DNA of 64,000 bases from an uncultured Candidatus Peribacteria bacterium (GTDB taxonomy: Bacteria; Patescibacteriota; Gracilibacteria; BD1-5; JAGOOR01): positions 883,621 to 947,620 of the forward strand of contig OZ246415.1 in NCBI GenBank assembly GCA_965231115.1, given 5' to 3'. Made by a program: the position numbers and the translations under genes. How positions within the stretch are numbered: the first letter of the stretch is position 1; each line of letters opens with the position of its first letter. A model generated the notes under the pieces. The model saw nothing but the letters and a program-made list of their open reading frames with translations. It was not told where the DNA came from and did not search any database. Below, in pieces: positions 11,454-24,783 of this stretch.

Positions 11454-12040
11454 GCCTTTCTCATTTTTGCCATTTTCTGAAGTACTTTCTCTCGGACGGA
11501 GAGTTGTTTCAAAATATTATCTGCACGGACAGGATCCCAAAACTTACTCAAAAAAAGTTTTCCATCCGCAGGGACAGAGAGTCAGATTCTCTTTCTTGTT
11601 TCACCTAACAATATTTGAACTCTTTTCTTATTATGAGTGGGGAGTTTAATTCTCAAAACTTGATCATCAAGAGTTGTTAATATCGATCGACTCTGTGGTA
11701 AATCACCGCTATCGCCTGGGTTTACATTTCATTTTACTGCGACACGACGTGTCGTATCAAGTATAGAAGTAATAATCTGAGTTGTTTGAAATGTATGAAT
11801 AAGTGCATCCGAACATCCTATGGAGCGTAAATAATCTGTTACAGTAAATCTATCCTCATTTTTATAAGCGAAGTGGATACAGAAAGGGTTTGTCCCCTCT
11901 GGATTACAGGGGCAATTCATAATTGCCTTCCGAACAGCAGAAGCTCCTCCTTCATTCCACAGTAACTCATGTCGGTGGTCACATGGAAGAGAAGTGCCAA
12001 AATCAACTGATTCGAGAGTAATACCTTTAGAAAGACACAT
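11450..12040 (-). CDS. hypothetical protein (196 aa)
   Basis: Track ORF 11729..12040 continues through TGA at 11729 and 11582 to TAA (plus tta 11450-11452). Overlaps the aminopeptidase stop in TTAA. Confidence 0.5.
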
Positions 12041-12090
12041 ATCGCATTATAATAAAATAAATTATTAAAATGCAAGTCATTTGAGCGTCT

Positions 12091-12498
12091 CTACTTTTTG
12101 AGAAGGTCTCGGATTTCCGTGAGGAGTTCTTCTTGGGTAGGGCCTTTCGGTGAATCAGAAGCTGGTTTTTGGAGCTTTGTCATGGCTTTTACGACGAGAA
12201 AGATACAAAATGCCACAATGAGAAAATCTACTGTTGATTGGAGAAAATTTCACCAATTAAGAGATACGGCAGGAATCCCCTTTTGAATACCTGGGAGCTC
12301 TTCAATCGCATCTTTTATGATGATTTTATAATCCGTAAAATTAATACCACCAGTGAGGACAGAGATTATTGGCATGATAACATCTCCGACAAGTGAGGTA
12401 ACAATCTTTCCAAATGCTCATCCGATAACGACTCACACGGCGAGATCGACGACATTACCCCGCATTGCAAAAGCCTTAAATTCTTTAATAAATGACAT
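12091..12498 (-). CDS. mscL: large-conductance mechanosensitive channel
   Basis: Hand translation [46 protein letters not shown] at 12433-12435 and 12418-12420 encode conserved glycines. Absent from the standard-code track. Confidence 0.85.
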
Positions 12499-12617
12499 AA
12501 ATTAAGAGAGTAAAAAATAAATCGAGTAAATGATAATGAGAGGCCAGAGAAACACAAGAAAACAATATTGCATACTCTCTAAAATTACATTACTATGACG
12601 AAAGAGTATAAAAAAAT

Positions 12618-12962
12618 ATGGCAACTACTATTATATATTACGACGATCAGTGTGGGGTATGTGGAAAATGGATAACGATTCTTCAAAAATACGGATCTCT
12701 CCGATATACGAGCTACATAGGACTTTCTCAGGCGCCAAAAGAAATACAAATACTTTCAGATTCACATAAATCATGGGTCATAGAAAGAGAAAATAATTAC
12801 TATCTAGGATATGCTGGCTTTATTGAATGCATAAAAGGATCTCGATTCTTTGGGTGGTTTTGATGCATAGGAAATTATTTTCCCCTGAAACAGATAGGAA
12901 ATATCATATACAAATATATCTCTTCTCGGAGAAAAACTTGTCGCATCAAAGCGCACCAGTAA
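12618..12962 (+). CDS. thiol-disulfide oxidoreductase DCC family (DUF393)
   Basis: YYDDQCGVCGKW N-terminal CxxC motif. Track ORF 12618..12863 continues through TGA to TAA 12960-12962. Confidence 0.6.
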
Positions 12963-12967
12963 AAAGA

Positions 12968-14014
<1,047 letters not shown>

Positions 14015-14060
14015 ATCTGTATCGTACAGTGAAAAATCAGAAAGCAAATTTTGACTTCTT

Positions 14061-15236
14061 CTAAAAATCCTCTCTCTTGATCCAAAAGACAATAAATGCT
14101 ATTGCAGAAAATGCTCCAGCAATCCACATAGGTGAGATCATATGATTGATAAAATAACCTCCGAGAACTGGTGCCAGGATAGCGGTAAGACTAAAAACAG
14201 AAGAGAAATAACCACTCACCTCCCCTCGTGTATCAGACGAAGCTTTTGAGACTCATTCAGATTGAAGCACTGGCCACATAGCAATAGTAAAAAAGACCAT
14301 GGTTACCTCACAAGCGAGCCACACAAGTATATGACGACCTCCAAACTGATCATAGAACGCTGTCATCGTAAAGAGAATAATCGAAGCTATGAGGGTAATC
14401 GTAAGTATCTGACGTGGAGAAAATTTCTTGAGCCAAAATTTGCCCAGAAGAAAACCCTGACAAAAAGCCATAAAAACTCCCACTCACATGAGAACATGAC
14501 TAATCTGAGGGATAGAGAGATGGTAAAATCTATCCATATACAGACTGTACGAATTTCGGTAGACTCCAGCACCGAGACCAACTAAAAGTGCGACCCAGAG
14601 ATAGAGAGATATATGACCCCGTATGAGTGCGCCAAAAACTGGAAACGAGCTCTTTTTTACAAAAGTTGTAATAATACTTGGTTTATGTGTTTCTGGGAGA
14701 AAGAACGTGATAAAAAGAGCATTGAGGAAGCTAATAATACCGGTAACAAAAAATGGTACAGCATAACCCCATTGAACGAGAAAACCGCCGAGAAAAGGCC
14801 CCACAATCATAGAAAGACCAAACATCATCCCAAAAATACCAAAATACTGTGCCCTTTCTTTTTCATCCTTCGATATATCAGAAAGTATCGCCTGAGCAAT
14901 AGTCATATTCCCCGCTGTCACTCCATCGATGACACGACCGACAAGAACCCACCAGAAGTTTGGAGCAAAAGCCGTAATAATCCAGCCAAGGGCAGAACCA
15001 AAAACACTCAGGGTCAGTATTTTTTTGCGACCGATACGATCAGAGAGTCGACCGAGAAGGGGTGATGCGACAAAACTACAAAGAGCATAAATACCACCCA
15101 TGATACCTATCCATATTGGACTGGCAGCAAATTGCGTCTCAAATATGGGAAGGAGTGGGAAAATAATAGTGAGACCGATAAGATCGAGAGCAATCGTCGT
15201 AAAAATAGCGGCTTTGAGTCAGCGAGAAGAATTCAT
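14061..15236 (-). CDS. MFS transporter (DHA1/TetA-like)
   Basis: GRLSDRIGRKK motif and about 12 TM segments. Track ORFs 14253..14483 and 14484..15101 are joined in frame by TGA. ATG at 15236. Confidence 0.75.
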
Positions 15237-15271
15237 AAATGAGACGATACGAAAAAAGTAAAAATAACAAC

Positions 15272-15853
15272 TTAGTTTGTGTGTCACTCAGACTGCCATA
15301 CTTTGATGGATTCGACAGGATGCACGAGCATGATGATATTAAGTGTGAGATTATCACGAACCCAGAGAAGACAGCCAATTTCAAAGACAATAATTATAGC
15401 AATGCTTACCCAAATTTTCGATATACGAGCCACGAGAAAACCCAAAGCCATCATGCCCACATCAGAAACAGAGTTCAGAATACTATCTCAGACATATCCG
15501 AGAGCAATAGTTGCCTCGCGATATCTATTTATGATGATGGGGGAATTTTCGAGAAGTTCCCATCCCCCCTCGATACCGAGAGCAAAAAGAAACCTATATT
15601 TCAGAGGAAGCCTACGAGCGACGAGCCAGAGAAATCCATAAAACAGAATACCGTGAATGATGTGTGAAAAAGAATATGCATCAGCAACTCTCTGAGAGTT
15701 TTCACTACTCCAGATATCACCATCCCAAAAACCAAATCTACCATCAGGACCGAGGAGGGAACGTCCACTTAAATATTCTATGACAGCCACCAAAGAAAAC
15801 ACAATTATTACGGAAATAATTGAGAAAAGATGTTTTTGTAAAAAAGATTTCAT
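15272..15853 (-). CDS. DUF2585-family membrane protein
   Basis: Track ORF 15488..15853 continues through TGA as GDSILNSVSD.. to TAA (plus tta 15272-15274). Confidence 0.55.
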
Positions 15854-15864
15854 AAAAAAAATAA

Positions 15865-16734
15865 TTATTTAATTCTCTCAGCCCCATAGACTCCCATCAA
15901 AAGATCGATATCTTTTTGGCTCTTTATCAAAAGATCGATATTTTTCTCTTCTGCTGCACAGAGTAATGCTGCACCGAGCGGATCGAGACCAACTTTTTTG
16001 ATATATTCGACGAGACCAGCAAAGTCTTTTATAAAACAGTGCCCCCCTGCGCCTCTCCCCTGATGTTCGAGGATTCATGAAGCATGGATGACATCGAGAT
16101 GACTCTTACCAATACGCGGATCAGATCCTATACCTTCTTTGATCACATCCCAACTACTTCCAGCATTTTCAGCCAAATCATAGAGAATATTAGCATAAAT
16201 CACCTTGAGAGTGAGAAAAGAATTACTGCCATATTTGATAAATTCTGCCTCACGAGAAGTACAGACGATATTTACAGGAGACGCTGGAAGAATATCGATA
16301 ATTTGTTGTGCTCGAGCCCTAAAGTCCTCGCTATCTACGGGATAACCGACGATATTTCTTGTCGGATTGGCGACATCATAGGCAGCCGTTTTTTCAGCAA
16401 GAAATTCTGGAGAATGAAAAACAAAACGATCAGAATAGAGCGCTTGAATCTTTTCGCATGTACCCGGCATCATGGTCGACTTGATAACTGCGGATTTACC
16501 AGGTCAAACTAATCCGACAACTTCACGGAGGATGTCATAATTAAAACCTTCAGGCGTAGTTGGTGTGGGAACACTGATAAATACAATATCACACTCGGAT
16601 AATCTCCGACGATTGTCAGGGGTATCAAGACGCTTCGAATAACGGAAGATATCATACCCTCTCGCCTCAAAATCATCAGCCATATTTTTCCCAATAAATC
16701 CTTGTCCAATAAATCCTATTAATAACTGGGACAT
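15865..16734 (-). CDS. short UDP-glucose/GDP-mannose dehydrogenase-family protein (289 aa)
   Basis: IGFIGQGFIGKNMA Rossmann motif and the catalytic GGHCFIKD motif. Track ORFs 16504.. and 16075..16473 plus a tail are joined across TGA. The ORF ends about 57 aa after the catalytic Cys. Confidence 0.7.
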
Positions 16735-16836
16735 AAAAAAATAACAAAAAGTAATACAAGAATTATTGAGATTTGTCTCTATTTGCAAACAAGAATAAAA
16801 AAATCCTGACAAACGTCAGGATTTTCGATTTTCAAA

Positions 16837-16924
16837 TGGCGGAGGGACTGAGATTCGAACTCAGGGTGACTTGCGCCACGACAGTTTTCAAGACTGTTGC
16901 ATTAAACCGCTCTGCCATCCCTCC
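16837..16924 (-). tRNA. tRNA-Ser (anticodon TGA)
   Basis: GGAGGGA acceptor, CTTGAAA anticodon loop, long variable arm, GGTTCGAATC T-arm and encoded CCA. Confidence 0.85.
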
Positions 16925-16943
16925 ATACTTAAAATGTGAGGGC

Positions 16944-16971
16944 ATTGTAGAAAAAAGTCATCCTCTGTCAA
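16944..16971 (-). promoter_or_regulatory. putative promoter of tRNA-Ser
   Basis: Minus strand reads TTGACA-16 nt-TACAATGC just upstream of the tRNA. Confidence 0.45.
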
Positions 16972-17112
16972 AGAAATATTTTATGGTAAGACTCTCTAGG
17001 GTACAATGCGCTATCGGAAAGTAAAGATAGGAGCATTTTTCTCGTCTTGCGCTTCAGGTCTCCGAAGTTATACTTACGCCCGTCCTTTATATCCTAATAA
17101 CCCAAAATTTCT

Positions 17113-17943
17113 ATGGACAAACACAGTCATCAAAGTGTCTACGCGGCCATAGCAGCGAGCACAATCGTTTCACTCCTCGGTACCTACTTTATGGTACAGC
17201 TTCCAAAGATAGAAGAAGTAGGCGGACGTGCAAACTACAAAATCTACCAAAACATGATCAGCAGTCCAAAATATGCTGAGAATGTAAAAAACTCTCTTGA
17301 ATCAAATCAGAAAGTCATGAATGGAGAGCAACCAACTCAGGGTAATAATCAGCAACCAACAGAACCAAAAGCAACTGGTAGCCTCACTCAAGATGATATC
17401 GGAGCAGTTCTCAAGGATACGTACCTCAAGGGCAATAAAGATGCTCAAATTCTCTGGGTCGAATACTCAGACCTTGAGTGTCCTTTCTGTAAGCGTCTCC
17501 ACGATTCTGGTGCTATCAAAAATCTCGAAGCAAAATATGGAGATAAGATGGCGTTCGTATTCAAACACTATCCACTCCCCTTCCATCCTACAGCACTTCC
17601 TGCAGCTGAGTCAGCTGAGTGTGTCGGTGAAATCGGCGGATCTGCTAAGTACTATGCTTTTGTAGAATGAGTATTTGCAAAAGGAACGCCAACACAAGAT
17701 GTTATTGATGGAGTTCTCAAGACTATTGGTGTTGATGCAAAAAAAGTAAAAACATGTGCTGATAGTGCAAAATTCAAGGACAAGATCAACGCAAGTCAGT
17801 CAGAAGGTTCTAGCAAATTCGGTGTCAATGGTACTCCTGGAAATGTCCTCATCAATACTAAAACTGGTAAATATGAAGTCGTATCAGGTGCCCAACCAGA
17901 AGCAAACTTTGATGCTGCTATAGGTCGTCTCCTCGCAGAATAG
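17113..17943 (+). CDS. membrane-anchored DsbA-like thiol:disulfide oxidoreductase
   Basis: N-terminal TM segment and CPFC active site. Track ORF 17113..17670 continues through TGA to TAG 17941-17943. Confidence 0.75.
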
Positions 17944-17966
17944 TTCGGAAAACAAGTTTTCAATAA

Positions 17967-17994
17967 ACCCCCACATTTGTGGGGGTTTTATTTG
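17967..17994 (+). terminator. rho-independent terminator
   Basis: acccccac / gtgggggt stem with a T-rich tail. Confidence 0.65.
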
Positions 17995-18025
17995 CCAATT
18001 TTTATAAAATAGTTATAGTACATGA

Positions 18026-18877
18026 ATGAATAGGCACTTTGAGAAATTGACATCACAAATTGCAATAGGGATGCACGATCATGTCAGCATCGGGCATATT
18101 GATGAGGATTGAAATTTTTGAGGTGGGAATTTTTGAGTTGATGTTATCTCTGAAGGAATCATAGAACATCCAAAAGGGATGTTTGTAGATCTACGAGATT
18201 ATAAAACAGATGTAAGGAAAGTGTTAGAAGCATACCATCACGGACTTATCATTTCCGAGAAACAAAAAAGAGTAAAAAGAGAGTGTCGAGGGAGGGCTAT
18301 GAATATTATCGAAACTTCAGGCGGAACTATCGAATGACTCCCTGTAGTTATTTTCGATAGCCTCAGAAGAGCCATTCATGAACCAACACAACTCAAGATG
18401 CTCAGGCTCAAAACACCATCTGGAACACTATGGGAAGCAAGAGATGAAGCGTGAATAGTGCAGGTTGATCGAGCAAAACAATTTAAAAAAAGAAGCATGT
18501 GGGCATGTGAACTGGATTTTTGACACAGAATTGTGGGTCTCGGAAAATGCGAAAATCCACACAGTCACACCTGGATACCAAAATTACGATTTAATAGAGA
18601 ATTGAACCCTGAAGAATACCAAAGAATAACAAAAAAAATAGAATCTAAACTCAAAAAAAGTTGGAATGGACGATGAGTTTTTTATGAAAAGGATGATTTT
18701 GCAGATGCATTAAAAACAAAAAGAAAGCCTAAAAAACTCTCATCGAATCCAACGACTGAAGTCATATCAAGACTCATGATACGAGAAATAATTGATGTAC
18801 TAAAACAAGAAAACTCAGATATAATTCTGGCTCACTTTGAGCTCTGGGAAACACCGACTAATTTCGTAACGACATAG
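18026..18877 (+). CDS. hypothetical protein with C-terminal PTPS/QueD-like CxxxHxH motif (283 aa)
   Basis: Checked codon by codon: open from ATG 18026 to TAG 18875 with 7 in-frame TGA and no TAA/TAG. GKCENPHSHTW resembles the 6-pyruvoyl-tetrahydropterin/6-carboxytetrahydropterin synthase metal site. Invisible in the standard-code track. Confidence 0.5.
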
Positions 18878-18914
18878 ATATTGCGAATTCAGACAAACGA
18901 AATAAGCTAGTCTT

Positions 18915-20741
18915 GTGATAAAAAAAGAGAATCCTTCAAAAAAACTCCACGCTCATATCCCCTCTTGCCCAGGGGTATATCTAATGAAAAACAAAGAAGG
19001 GACTATCATCTACATCGGTAAGTCAAACAATCTCAAATCTCGAGTAAAATCGTATTTTGTACCAAATGCTTCACTCAATTTTGCGAAGAAAAAGATGGTT
19101 ACGATAGTTGAAAAAATCGACTACATAGAAACAAAATCTGACCTCGAGGCTCTCATGCTCGAAACCAATCTTATAAAGAAAAATCAGCCAAAATATAATG
19201 TCCTCATGAAGGACGGAAAAAATCTCTCCTATATCAAGATAACAGTTGACGAGATTCCCTGCCTTATCCGTACTCGACTGAAGACAAAACATGGAGAATA
19301 TTTTGGCCCCTATAGTCAGTATTTTGATACAAGAAACTACGTGCGTTTTATCAGGAAGCTTTTCAGGCTCGGAAATCACGAAAAAATAGAAAAATTTGGT
19401 CCGCCTTGCATGGATACATACATCGGCCTCTGCCCAGGACACTGTACTGGCGAGAAAAATAAAATAGAGCTCTATAAACAAAGACTCACTGAGGCTCGAG
19501 ATTTTCTCCTCGGAAAACAAGAAACAGTCTTGGAAGAACTCCAGAATAAAATGAAATTAGCTGCCCAGGATAGACGCTATGAAGATGCAAGTGAGTATAA
19601 AAATCTCATCACACAAATAGAATCCGCTGGTAGTAGGCAAATCGTTCGGGATGCTATCTCAGGGGATGCAACAGTTGTCGTAACGCTCGAAAAATATAAT
19701 CATGTCTTTATCAGTTTTATCGAAGTCAAAAACAGTATGATCGTCGGTGTCCACGAATATAAACTCGCAAATCCTCTCCAGGAGACACACGAAGAACTCA
19801 TCACTCAAGCGATACTTCAGCATATCTCAGAGGAGCCCATAAAAACACTCTACACCGATATAAATATCTCATCTTTGTGAGACCTGCAGGAATATTTCAA
19901 TGCAGAAAAAATACAGATAAAGGAGCCAAGCCGCTGAGAAAAAGTACGTATTCTCGAATTCGCCCATACCAATCTCCTCAATTTTGCCTACCAAGAGGAA
20001 ATGTCTGGATTCAAAAATGCGACACTCTCGAAAAAAACAATGATAAGCCTCATGGAAAAAATAGGACTTGAACCAAAGGAACTCGAAAAGAAAAAGGAAA
20101 TCGTTTTTGAATGTTTCGATATTTCTCACAGTCACGGTGAGCACACTGTCGCGAGTAAATCAGTCCTCGTCAATGGAAAGCCAGAACCAAAACGCTATAA
20201 AAAATATAGAATAAAAACACTTGAAACAGGAAAAATTGACGACTTTGCATCAATGGACGAAATACTCACCAGGCGGACTCTCTGAGCTCTACGTGGGGAA
20301 GACTCGTGGCCAGACCTCATCATCATCGATGGCGGGAAATGACAACTTTCACATGCAGTGGAAGCGATAAAAAAAGCTTCTGGAAAAGAAAAAATACTCC
20401 CCATCATCTCTCTCGCAAAACGTATAGAAGAAGTATTTCTGCCAGAAAATTCTGAACCAATTCTCCTCGAAAAGTGATCGGGCGAACTCATGATACTCCA
20501 AAAGATTCGTGATGAAGCACATCGATTTGCTATTAATTATAACAGAAGCTCTCGGGAAAAATCCTACACAAAAACCATTCTCGACGAAATCCCTGGAATA
20601 TGACCCGCAGCGCGCCGAAAAATATTTCAATCTGTCTCACGTATCGAAGAGCTCTCTGCATGGAGCTATGAAAAAGCAAAAGACACCTTCGGAAAAAAGA
20701 CTGCTGAGGCTCTCCAAAATCACGGACTTATACAGGAATAA
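18915..20741 (+). CDS. uvrC: excinuclease ABC subunit C
   Basis: GIY-YIG N-terminus ([30 protein letters not shown]). Track ORFs 18915..19880 and 20001..20285 are in frame. The C-terminal RNase H-like/HhH region is read across TGAs to TAA 20739-20741. Confidence 0.85.
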
Positions 20742-22004
20742 TTACGACTTATTTTTCGCGCTTGCCAGTATCTGCACAACAATAAGAAAATGAACCAGAA
20801 CAGGTATATTAAAAGAAAAATACAAGGCAAAAAGTCAGAGCGCAATCTTTTTTTCATGAGATAGGTGTCTGAAAGACCTCGCTACACACCATATCACTGT
20901 GAAAAATATAGGCACTCAAAAATGGAGTGCAAAATCAAGAAAGACATTATGGCTCCTATCGATCCTATATGCAGGATCCTCATAGACGGAGAGAAGCGGG
21001 TGTCGGAAACGCTCCGAGACGGCGAGGAATCAATCAGGACCATATCCAAAAAGAAAATGCCCAGCATCATGAGTAAGCGCTGCGAATCCAGTTTTCCAGA
21101 GATACCAACGTGCGATAAATCATTTCATCTTCTGAGCCTCCAGAATAGTATCTTGATAATTCAGCCATACATACCCAACAATAGCAAAAAGTAAGAAAAC
21201 TATTGCACCCCAAGACCATGCTCGATATTTTGTTTTTGGTATCAAATGATCGAGTATGACATATCCGACATAACCAGCAAATACCATCCAAGCAAGATAA
21301 CTCCCTGTCCAATAAATAATAAGACCCGAGATAACCCAGACTGCTATCTCCCAAAAATGCTCTTCCCAAGATAACTCACCTTCGAAACGAAAAACTCGCA
21401 AAAGCGGGAGAAGCAAAAGCACTTGCCCAGCCAAATAATTCGGATTACCGAGCGTCGAAAAAAGTCTCCATGGATCAAGGCGAGAATTGTAGGCGTTCGT
21501 GAGAGGGTCAAAACCAAACCTCTGAAAAAATGCATAGAGAAGGATACCAGCAAATCCTATAAAAGAAATATTAAAGAGGTACTTTTGCTGCTTTTCTGTG
21601 AGCCCCCGAACGAGCCAAAAAAGACTAAAGAGTCATACATAAAAAATGAAACCATGTGTTTTTTCCTGATTGCCTGTGAAAAAATAAGGGTTGAGACCTT
21701 TATTGAGAAAATAAGAAGAGACGGACCAGACAAAAAATAGAAGCACGCTCACAAGAAATGTTTGAGAAATGGTCTGTTTTTTTTGCGTAAAATACTCTGT
21801 AAAAAATGATACTCACGCTCCAATAATAAAAATCGAAAAAACAAATACCTTCACCGATTCAAATCACGACCATCGCAATTGTGGGAACAAAAAATGCATA
21901 ATATCTGCTAGTGTACCCTGAATAAATGGCAGATAAAGCCACGCATAAACAATAGGCGTAAGAAGAAAAATCGCTGAGAGAAAAATGAGTCGAATTTTTA
22001 CCAT
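20742..22004 (-). CDS. O-antigen ligase (Wzy_C/WaaL-like) family membrane protein
   Basis: Multi-TM protein with TLGNPNYLAG and SHNVFLDF motifs. ATG 22004 is in frame with track ORF 21120..21434. TAA at plus tta 20742-20744. Confidence 0.6.
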
Positions 22005-22011
22005 AAAAAAA

Positions 22012-23166
22012 TTATAAGAAAGACCCCAGAACTGTAAAAAAACGTTCTATTTCTTGATGCGTCGTATCAAAACCAATACTCATACGAACGCTTCACTGCA
22101 CTCACAGATAATTATGGAGTGGTTCACAACAATGATGTCATGAACGAAGACAAATACCTTCTCCTCCAAAAATATCAGCAACATCTACGCTGTGTTTCCC
22201 CTCGACCGTAAATGACCAGATACCAAGTGCATTATCTTGAAATGAGTGAAAAACAGTCACTCATTTTTCCTTCATTTTTTCAAAAGAAGAATTTGTAAAA
22301 TGAATATTTTCACGATATTCACGATGTTTTTTTTCATCCATTTTTTCCAGATATTCGATAGCAGCACCGAGGGTTACTGCTCCTGTAATATGGGGAGTCC
22401 CCGGCTCCCATCGCTCTGGTATACCAGCCTGCTCATAGCCATCAACAGAAACAAAATTAATAGCTCCTCCTCCACCAATAGGAGCTTGCCAAGATTTTTG
22501 GAGAACTTTCCAAAGCGCCAGAACACCAATACCGGTGTCGGCCATCATTTTATGCCCAGAAAAAACGAGAGCATCGCACTGAATATCCTTCATAGAAATA
22601 GTTCCATGGGGCGTCATCTGAGTAGCATCCACACAAAAAAGTCGATCTCGACCAATAATGTCACGTACTTTTTCAAGCGGATGAATCGCACCAGTCACAT
22701 TACTCGCATATTGCAGGCTCACAACTTTGACGGAATCATTGAGTTTATTTTGGAGATCTTCCAAATCAATACGATAGTTATGATCCAGAGTAACAAATTT
22801 AACCTGTGCCCCTACTCTCTCAGCCAGCATCTGCCAGGGGACGATATTTGCGTGGTGTTCAGAGAGAGACAGAAGGATCGTATCGCCCTTACCGATAACA
22901 CCATTTTGCTCAATGGCCAATACAAGAAGATTGATGGCGTATGTTGCAGAATATGTATAGAGCACTTCAATTGAATCACACCCTATCCAGCGAGCGACTA
23001 TTTTTTTTGAATTTTGATACGCAATCATCGCTGTCTCAGCAAGATCATAGTTGCCCCGACCAATATTTGCATAAGAACTATTCTCAAACTGTTCACGCAC
23101 TTCCAATACTTCCTTCTTGCGAGGATGTGTCGAGGCGTAATCGAGATATACAAGTGGTTGAGACAT
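22012..23166 (-). CDS. sufS: cysteine desulfurase (class V aminotransferase, SufS/Csd-like)
   Basis: Track ORF 22261..23166 (HHANIVPW, SGHKM PLP-lysine motif) continues through TGA. LRS-G-HHCCEP active-site loop with Gly = TGA 22138-22140. Confidence 0.8.
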
Positions 23167-23255
23167 AGGAAAAGTACTGTGGTTAGTATATATATTTTTT
23201 CAGAAGTACGAGAAAATATGGATGACTTTCAGAACTTTTTCTCTATACTCCCCTT

Positions 23256-24764
23256 ATGTCTCTGTATCAATCCTACCGCCCAAAAAACTTCTCTGATGTC
23301 GTCGGACAAGAATTTGTGAAGAAAGTACTCGCAAATTCATGTAAAACACAGACTTTTCACCATGGCTATATATTTTTTGGATTTCACGGTATCGGAAAGA
23401 CAACCCTAGCCCGAATATTCGCAGAAGCAGTGAATTGTACAAATATCACACCGGACGGCAATCCATGCCATAGCTGCCAAAATTGTCTCGCTTTCGATAA
23501 CCATCAGATGATAGATGTCGTTGAAATCGATGCTGCGAGCTATACTGGCGTCGATAATATCCGAGAAATCATCGATCACGCAAAATTCACACCAACACAA
23601 GGAAAGTACAAAATCTACATCATCGATGAAGTCCACATGCTCTCAAAAGGTGCTTTTAATGCGCTCCTGAAGACGCTTGAAGAACCACCAGCACATGCCA
23701 TTTTTCTCCTCGCAACCACCGAAATAGCAAAAGTCCCTGATACCATCCTCTCTCGAGTTATCCGTTTTGATCTAACGAAAATCGCCGAAGCTGATATGCG
23801 CTGACTCCTCGAGAAAATCTGCACAGAAGAGTGAATATATACAGAAAAAGAAGCTATAGATATGATCATCCGCCGAGCGAGAGGAAGTCTCCGAGATGCC
23901 CTCACGATGCTCGAAAAATGTATATTTGATAAAAAAGTAGAGACTAAAAATGTCGAGGCAGCCCTTCATCTCGTGAGCCTTGGTTTTCTCAGGGAAACAT
24001 TTGATGCATGTAAAAATGGAAATGCGGGAGAAATACAAAAAATATTGACCACTCTCGAACAAGAAGCGACTGACGTCCGTCAATTTGCAGCACAGATGAC
24101 CGAATGGATCGTCGAACATATCGGAGAGGCTTTTGAGCAAAAACTCTTTCCACTGTATCAAGAGCTTTTTGACCTCTTTACAAAGATATACGTGCAGAGT
24201 CGACAAGTCGCTGTGCCTATGGATATCATGCGTATGTCGCTCTACGAGAGAATCAAATCAGGCGTCATAGAAAAAAAACAAACACCAAAAAAAGACCAAG
24301 ACACTCCAGAGCCATTACCTATCCCCCCTGAGACAAAAAAAGAAACTCCGCCAGCAAAAGAGCTACCAGCTCCTGAACATGAATTACCAGCACCAAACCA
24401 TACCCTCCCAGAAGCAGAAAAAGAGCTTCCTCCAGTGACTCATGAAATCACTCCTGCGCACGATATTTTGACAGAGGGGTTTTCTGCCGAAAACTATCTC
24501 AAAAAACTCCAAGAACTCGGAATAAAAAGTACGATTCTCCCCCTCCTCCGTACAGCGAAAATCACACAAATTGATCATCAAATCAACATAACAACCACCT
24601 CATTCTGAAAATGACGGTTCGAAGACACTACCCTGAAACCAATTTTTGTTGCTGCGGCTGAATCATTTGGCGCATCTTGAATATCTTTTATCACTCATGA
24701 GGAACAAATCCCAGAAGAAGTCCAGACAGACAGTGCGGATATAGCTCGTGCTATTTTTGAATAG
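23256..24764 (+). CDS. dnaX: DNA polymerase III subunit gamma/tau
   Basis: YRPKNFSDVVGQ, GIGKTT Walker A and IIDEVHML. Track ORFs 23256..23804 and 23862..24608 are joined in frame. Pro-rich linker. Confidence 0.85.
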
Positions 24765-24783
24765 TTTTCTATAATTACTGTCT

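Noticed and set aside
24268-24295. A-runs in dnaX (gaaaaaaaac, ccaaaaaaag) as a programmed -1 frameshift site producing a gamma subunit, as in E. coli.
   Set aside because: By my reading, the -1 frame after the A8 run meets no nearby TAA/TAG (TGA is sense here). No truncated product can therefore be supported from the sequence.
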